DNA of 32,000 bases from Ferroglobus placidus DSM 10642 (lineage in GTDB: Archaea > Halobacteriota > Archaeoglobi > Archaeoglobales > Archaeoglobaceae). Positions within the stretch are counted from its first letter, which is position 1; the number at the start of each line of letters is the position of its first letter. Under the pieces are notes generated by a model. That model did not search any database. It had not been told where the DNA came from and saw only the letters and a list, made by a program, of their open reading frames with translations. Below are positions 27,286 to 32,000 of the stretch, one piece after another. The DNA lies in the NCBI RefSeq assembly GCF_000025505.1, contig NC_013849.1:1650001-1682000 (forward strand), written 5' to 3'. Made by a program: the position numbers and the translations under genes.

Positions 27286-28128
27286 ATGGAGACTAAAGCT
27301 GCTCTCTCAGCTTCGATAGCGTTAGCATTGGAAGTCCTCGCAACTCCGAAATCGGGAAACGTGGACAGATTTCACGATTTTGAAGATTTAAAGCTCCACG
27401 ATTTCGTAATCTCCTCCATTTGCTCGCTCCCATCTTTCCTGAAGCTTGCGAGGGGAGAAATAGGAGTGGGAGAAGCTATATACCAAGCAATAAACGAGAG
27501 CGTAAAGTTTCACGGAGAGAAAAACGTTCACTTTGGAGCTTTTCTGCTTTTATGTCCCCTCGTCTCATCCCACGGAGACGTAAAGAAAGCGGTCGAAAAC
27601 GTAAAAAATTCGGACTGGAAGCAGAGCTTGTACGTTTACAAAGCTTTCAAGCTCGTTAACCCGAGGGTTTTATCATCTAAAGAGCTCGACTTGAGGGAAG
27701 ACGAGACAGAGAAGGAGATAGTGGAGAAGAAGCTTTCACTTTACGAGTGGATGAAAAAAGCACCGGAAGAGAACATCGTGGCTAAGGAGCTCACGAACGG
27801 CTATAAGCTTTCTACGGAGTGCAAAAACAGAATACTCTACTGGAGCGAAAAATTCAGCCTCGAAAAGGCTATAGTTTTAGCCTACCACGAAATACTGTCA
27901 AAAGTTCCGGATCCGCTTATAATAGCGAAACACGGGAAATCTTTGGCTGAAAAGATTACGGAGGAGGCGAAACTCCGTCTTAAGGATTTTAAAGAGCTCG
28001 GAAATTTTTCGATTTTCATGGAATTCGATGAAAAGCTGATAGAGAGAAAAATAAATCCGGGAAGCGTAGCAGATATCGTAGCAGCTGGCATATACCTTGC
28101 GTTAATGGAGGGTGTGAGGATTGCTTGA
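27286..28128 (+). CDS. Triphosphoribosyl-dephospho-CoA synthase family (CitG-like)
   Basis: LEVLATPKSGNVDRFHDFEDL...HFGAFLLLCPLVS..; overlaps next ORF. Confidence 0.8.
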   Translation: METKAALSASIALALEVLATPKSGNVDRFHDFEDLKLHDFVISSICSLPSFLKLARGEIGVGEAIYQAINESVKFHGEKNVHFGAFLLLCPLVSSHGDVKKAVENVKNSDWKQSLYVYKAFKLVNPRVLSSKELDLREDETEKEIVEKKLSLYEWMKKAPEENIVAKELTNGYKLSTECKNRILYWSEKFSLEKAIVLAYHEILSKVPDPLIIAKHGKSLAEKITEEAKLRLKDFKELGNFSIFMEFDEKLIERKINPGSVADIVAAGIYLALMEGVRIA

Positions 28129-28657
28129 GGAGCTCGGATTGAGGGAAGGAATAAACGAAGTCATAGGGATAACCTTCGGAGATTGGATAAACACCGCTCC
28201 GGTAGGAGTCGTTGTCAGGGACAAGATTTTCGTCAGACTTTACGAGAATCACACGAAAGAGTTTTTGAAAAAGAGCGGAAAACTCTACGTGAACGTCGTA
28301 AACGATCCGATAATTTTTGTGAAAGCCTCGTTTGAAGATTTGAGCGAGGAATACTTCGAAAGCTTGAACCCCCCGATTTTGAAGAACGCTTTAAGCTGGT
28401 TGGAGTTCGATGCCAGGTTTGAAGGAAGCGTAGCTTACTTGGAATTCGTTAGGGGGGGAGTTGTTAGGAGAGAGATAAGGGCGGTGAACAGAGGGTTTAA
28501 CGCCATAATAGAAGCTTTGGTTTACGCGACGAGATACGTTTACTTCAAAAAAGAGGAATTTAAAAGGAAAGCTTTGGAGTATCGGGGACTGGTTGAGAAG
28601 TGCGGCGGAAAAAAAGAAAGAGAAGCTTTTGAACTGATGCTGGGGTATTTGGAATGA
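28121..28657 (+). CDS. DUF447 family protein
   Basis: 178 aa; NEVIGITFGDWINTAPVGVVVRDKIFVRLYENHTKEFLKKSGKLYVNVVNDPIIFV. Confidence 0.75.
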   Translation: MLEELGLREGINEVIGITFGDWINTAPVGVVVRDKIFVRLYENHTKEFLKKSGKLYVNVVNDPIIFVKASFEDLSEEYFESLNPPILKNALSWLEFDARFEGSVAYLEFVRGGVVRREIRAVNRGFNAIIEALVYATRYVYFKKEEFKRKALEYRGLVEKCGGKKEREAFELMLGYLE

Positions 28658-29550
28658 AGCTCGGAGTTGTCGTTAATCCTTATGCTGGAAAAGGAGTTGA
28701 CGAGCGTCTCGTGAGAAAGGTCGTGGAAAAACTCGGAGAGGTTAAGCTTGTGGCTCAGGAAGAGCTTGGAGAGGTTTATTTTAAGGAGGCTGAGGTCGTA
28801 AGAATAAGGAGGACTTTCACCGGAGAGGACACGAAGGAGATCGTGAAGTTGATGGATGGAAAAGTCGATTTGATAGTAGTTTTCGGAGGAGACGGAACTG
28901 CAAGCGACGCAGCTTCTGCGAAACCCAAAACGCCGCTTTTGTGCATTGGAACGGGAACGACAAACGTGGGAAAGCTCATAACACCTCCGGACTTCGATCC
29001 GGAGAGGCTTAAAGTTGTTGAGCTCGACGCTTTAAGGGTTATCGAAACGGACAGGCTCGCTTTTAACGACGTTGTTGCCGGAAACACAATTTTAGCAACG
29101 ATTAATGGAAAAGTGACTCAGATAGATGCCGAAAGGTTCATGAAGGGTGAGAAAGTTCGTGCGGAGCCGAAGAAGTTCAGGGGAAAGATTAAAGCCGGTG
29201 GGAAGATAATTGAAGGAGTTTTCGGAAACGTATTCGTGAATTTAACTTCAAAAGAGTTTCTCGGAAAAGGTTCAGCCGGCGGATTGGCTATGGCAGCCTT
29301 CGTAGGATTTCCGGCGGTAGTTTCTTCCGTTAACGAGCCTCTCGTTGTTGCTGAATACACAAAGGAAAAGCTCAGAGAAGTTGAGCCGATAGTAACTCAA
29401 ACTGTAAGCTTGGATTACAACGAGAAAGTTACGATAGAAGCTAACACAGTAATCTCAGCAGACGGAAATCCACAAACTTACGGAAAGGCAACTGTGGAGG
29501 TTCTGGAGAAAGCCGTTAGGGTTTTAAAGGAGAAAAGGAAAAAATTTTAA
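28654..29550 (+). CDS. ATP-NAD kinase-like protein
   Basis: LGVVVNPYAGKG, DLIVVFGGDGTASDAASA, LLCIGTGTTNVGKLITP motifs. Confidence 0.85.
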   Translation: MKLGVVVNPYAGKGVDERLVRKVVEKLGEVKLVAQEELGEVYFKEAEVVRIRRTFTGEDTKEIVKLMDGKVDLIVVFGGDGTASDAASAKPKTPLLCIGTGTTNVGKLITPPDFDPERLKVVELDALRVIETDRLAFNDVVAGNTILATINGKVTQIDAERFMKGEKVRAEPKKFRGKIKAGGKIIEGVFGNVFVNLTSKEFLGKGSAGGLAMAAFVGFPAVVSSVNEPLVVAEYTKEKLREVEPIVTQTVSLDYNEKVTIEANTVISADGNPQTYGKATVEVLEKAVRVLKEKRKKF

Positions 29551-29960
29551 ATTCTCTTCCCGAACTCCTTAGCGAATTTGACCAAAAATCCGAGGGTTTT
29601 CTGAACGTTCGGATCTCTCAAAGCGCCCAATAAGTCTCTCAACCCTACGGGATCGTAGTTCAAACTTTCGCTCAAAGCTTGAGCCGCAGCCTCAGTTATC
29701 ATCCCCACTTTTCTATCCATGTTCAAAGCGCAGGGTGCTATGGCCTCTATCAAATTCTCGATTCTGCTCTGCAAATTCTCGTCGTACATTTCTGAAAGTA
29801 AAGTTACTCCGTCGATGAGGCTTTCTAAGAGGTCCAAAGCTCTCGTGAGTTTTTCGTCCTCTACCAGTTTTATGAGCGTGTACAAAAGTCTTTCAAGCTT
29901 TTCAACTTCCACTTCTTCCGAAAGCTTTTCCACGAGCAATAAAAGTCTGTCCTCTTCCAT
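29547..29960 (-). CDS. DUF1641-like protein
   Basis: 137 aa; NYDPVGLRDLLGALRDPNVQKTLGFLVKFAKEFGK. Confidence 0.65.
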   Translation of the reverse strand: MEEDRLLLLVEKLSEEVEVEKLERLLYTLIKLVEDEKLTRALDLLESLIDGVTLLSEMYDENLQSRIENLIEAIAPCALNMDRKVGMITEAAAQALSESLNYDPVGLRDLLGALRDPNVQKTLGFLVKFAKEFGKRI

Positions 29961-30045
29961 GGGAGTAGTTGAAGCTAAGAGTTTTTGAACTTTTTCAATT
30001 GGCGTTTAAAAAAAGTTATATTTAGGGGGAGCAAATCCTCCTTAA

Positions 30046-30798
30046 ATGATTATAGCGATCGCTTCGGGAAAGGGCGGAGTAGGTAAAACCACTGTATCCG
30101 TAAATGCCGCCGTTCTTCTCTCCTTTCTCGGCAGAACAATTCTGGTTGACGGAGATGTGGCTTTACCTAACGTTCACGTGCATTTGAATTTTAATCCGTC
30201 GGTGGCTCTTCCAGAGGTTTTGAAGGGAGAGGTTTCGCTTGAAGAAGCGATATACGAGATGCGGTTTAAAGTCGGAAAAAAAGAGACTACTCTCCACGTT
30301 CTTCTTTCTTCAGGACCTCTCGAGAAAATTGAGCTCGACGGTTTTCCGGAGATTGTTAAAAAGCTCGAAAGAGATTACGATTTTGTTATAGTTGATGTTG
30401 CCGCCGGATTGAACAAGTACGCTTTACTTCCACTCATGGCGTCCGAGAAAATATATGTTGTGGTGAATCCAGAAAGAGCGTCGATAGAGGACGGAAAGAA
30501 AGTTACAATGGTTGCTTCCTCGATTGGTAAAGAGGTTAGTGGGGTCATCGTGAACAGGTATAGAGGCGAGAGAGATCTTGTCGAACTCGCACAGAAGGAA
30601 ATCAGCGAAAATCTCGCTGGAATCGTAAGGGAGTCGAAACTCGTGAAAAAAGCATGGGAAATCGGTAAGCCGTTTGTGGTTGCTTTTCCATCCTCAGCAG
30701 TTTCGAAGGATGTTGCGAAGCTTGCGAAAAACATAGCTGGAATAAAAACCGAAATTAAAAAGTACGGGAAGTTAAAGTACTTTCTGAGGCTGGCATGA
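30046..30798 (+). CDS. MinD/ParA-like P-loop ATPase
   Basis: IIAIASGKGGVGKTTVSVNAAVLLSFLG deviant Walker A; GPLEKIELDGFP; YDFVIVDVAAGLNKYAL. Confidence 0.92.
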   Translation: MIIAIASGKGGVGKTTVSVNAAVLLSFLGRTILVDGDVALPNVHVHLNFNPSVALPEVLKGEVSLEEAIYEMRFKVGKKETTLHVLLSSGPLEKIELDGFPEIVKKLERDYDFVIVDVAAGLNKYALLPLMASEKIYVVVNPERASIEDGKKVTMVASSIGKEVSGVIVNRYRGERDLVELAQKEISENLAGIVRESKLVKKAWEIGKPFVVAFPSSAVSKDVAKLAKNIAGIKTEIKKYGKLKYFLRLA

Positions 30799-30998
30799 AG
30801 GAAAGTATAGATGTTTTGATGGAAGATGGAGAAGTTCCGGAACTAAAGGGCGGAAAAGTAGATGAGAAGAGAGTAGTTTCTTCAGTTGATCTCGAAGAAA
30901 TAGTGTCTTCCGAGAACTCCTTTGTCGTCAGAGTTATAGACGTCCTTATAGTGCTTGTAGCGATTACCGTATTTTTACTATTGGCTGGAATTTTATAA
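30795..30998 (+). CDS. Small tail-anchored membrane protein, function unknown
   Basis: 67 aa; soluble acidic N-part and single C-terminal TM (VRVIDVLIVLVAITVFLLLAGIL); ATGA overlap with MinD-like gene. Confidence 0.6.
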   Translation: MKESIDVLMEDGEVPELKGGKVDEKRVVSSVDLEEIVSSENSFVVRVIDVLIVLVAITVFLLLAGIL

Positions 30999-31011
30999 AA
31001 ATAAAAATAGT

Positions 31012-31968
31012 TTATCCCTTGATCTTCTGGAGCTTTTCGATCAGAACCGGGACTATCTCGAATAAGTCTCCGACTACTCCGTAGTGAGCAACTCCAAATA
31101 TCGGAGCCTCCGGGTCTTTGTTTATAGCAATTATTAGCTCGCTGTCTTTCATACCCATAACGTGCTGGAATGCACCGCTTATTCCTAAAGCCAAATACAG
31201 CTTTGGCTTTACGGTTTTTCCTGAGATTCCGACCTGCCTGTCCTTCGGCAGCCATCCGTTGTCTATTACCGGACGACTTCCGGCAACGACTCCTCCAAGA
31301 AGCTTAGCGAGCTCTTCAGCAAGCTCTATGTTGGATGCGTCTTCGATTCCCCTTCCCACTGAAACTATTATGTCAGCTTGGGAAATGTCCACTTCCCCAA
31401 CTTCAGGCTCGATAATTCCGACGAACTCTCTTCTTGGCGTTACTTTCGGTTTAATTCCGGCGTCAACGATTTCCCCATTCGTCTCTTCTCCCTCTTTGAA
31501 CACTCCCTGCCTGACGGTGAGGACGTAGCATTCGGCTTTTTTGAGCATTATATCTACCATCAGCTTCCCTTGGAATATGTACCTGCTTACCTTGATTCCG
31601 TCCTTCACATCAACTCCAACGACATCAGTGGCGATTGGAGCGTTTAGCTTCGAAGCCACGAGCGGAGCGAGCTCTGCTCCTCTCGAAGAGTTCGGGAACA
31701 AGATCAAATCCGGTTTTTCTTTCTCGAACAGCTGCAAGAGAACGTCAGCGTATAGCTCTGGATTGTAATTTTCCAAAGAATCGTCTTCTATCTTCCACAC
31801 AACGTCCGCATATTTGGCAAGCTCTTCCGCAAAGCTTCCAACGTCTTTGCCAATCACAACCGCTTCGCTTTTTCCGTCACCCTTCACAGAGTTCGCTAAG
31901 TTCAGCAGCTCGACGCTAACCGGATCGAGTTCTCCAAGTCTAATTTCGGCTACAGCAAAAACCCTCAT
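31012..31968 (-). CDS. etfA: Electron transfer flavoprotein alpha subunit
   Basis: VSVGRGIEDASNIELAEELAKLLGGVVAGSRPVIDNGWLPKDRQVGISGKTVKPKLYLALGISGAFQHVMGM FAD-binding signature. Confidence 0.93.
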   Translation of the reverse strand: MRVFAVAEIRLGELDPVSVELLNLANSVKGDGKSEAVVIGKDVGSFAEELAKYADVVWKIEDDSLENYNPELYADVLLQLFEKEKPDLILFPNSSRGAELAPLVASKLNAPIATDVVGVDVKDGIKVSRYIFQGKLMVDIMLKKAECYVLTVRQGVFKEGEETNGEIVDAGIKPKVTPRREFVGIIEPEVGEVDISQADIIVSVGRGIEDASNIELAEELAKLLGGVVAGSRPVIDNGWLPKDRQVGISGKTVKPKLYLALGISGAFQHVMGMKDSELIIAINKDPEAPIFGVAHYGVVGDLFEIVPVLIEKLQKIKG

Positions 31969-32000
31969 AGCAACCCCCTCTCCTTAAGTATCTGAATAAT

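Noticed and set aside
30755-31255. 166-aa minus-strand ORF
   Set aside because: Antisense to the MinD-linked small gene; Ser/Thr-rich shadow ORF extending over the EtfA gene.
1-32000. CRISPR arrays, tRNA/rRNA genes, restriction-modification, toxin-antitoxin or phage modules
   Set aside because: No regularly spaced repeats, no recognisable RNA gene and no defence or phage signature proteins were seen on either strand.

Overview
Archaeal-looking chromosomal window: TATA/BRE-like promoters, UbiA, MinD-like ATPase, DUF447, CitG-like protein and an EtfA. Two parts stand out. (1) About 5.2-20.9 kb is an almost continuous minus-strand cell-surface polysaccharide / protein-sorting cluster. It contains an AP-superfamily phosphodiesterase, a Wzx-like flippase, a GNAT protein, two FemAB-like transferases, an ATP-grasp protein, a GT4 glycosyltransferase, a NodB-type polysaccharide deacetylase, a secreted protein with a PEF-CTERM-like tail, a DUF354 protein, an archaeosortase with candidate catalytic Cys/Arg/His, a PIG-L deacetylase, a BshC-like protein carrying a zinc ribbon, a DUF1616 membrane half and a VanZ-like protein. 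It is flanked by a 1122-aa GT-C-like membrane protein, a secreted CARDB-type protein, a WecA/AglH-type GlcNAc-1-P transferase and UppP. (2) The deacetylase gene is split by a 687-bp IS element (13435..14121) with imperfect ~26-bp terminal inverted repeats and a perfect 8-bp target duplication (GTTTCTGG). Its transposase is itself frameshifted. The best candidates for something undescribed are the archaeosortase/PEF-CTERM locus with aminoacyl-transfer-type enzymes, and within it the overlapping PIG-L + BshC-like pair, which resembles bacillithiol biosynthesis. The rest (22.9-32 kb) looks like ordinary archaeal housekeeping. No RNA genes or CRISPR arrays were recognised.
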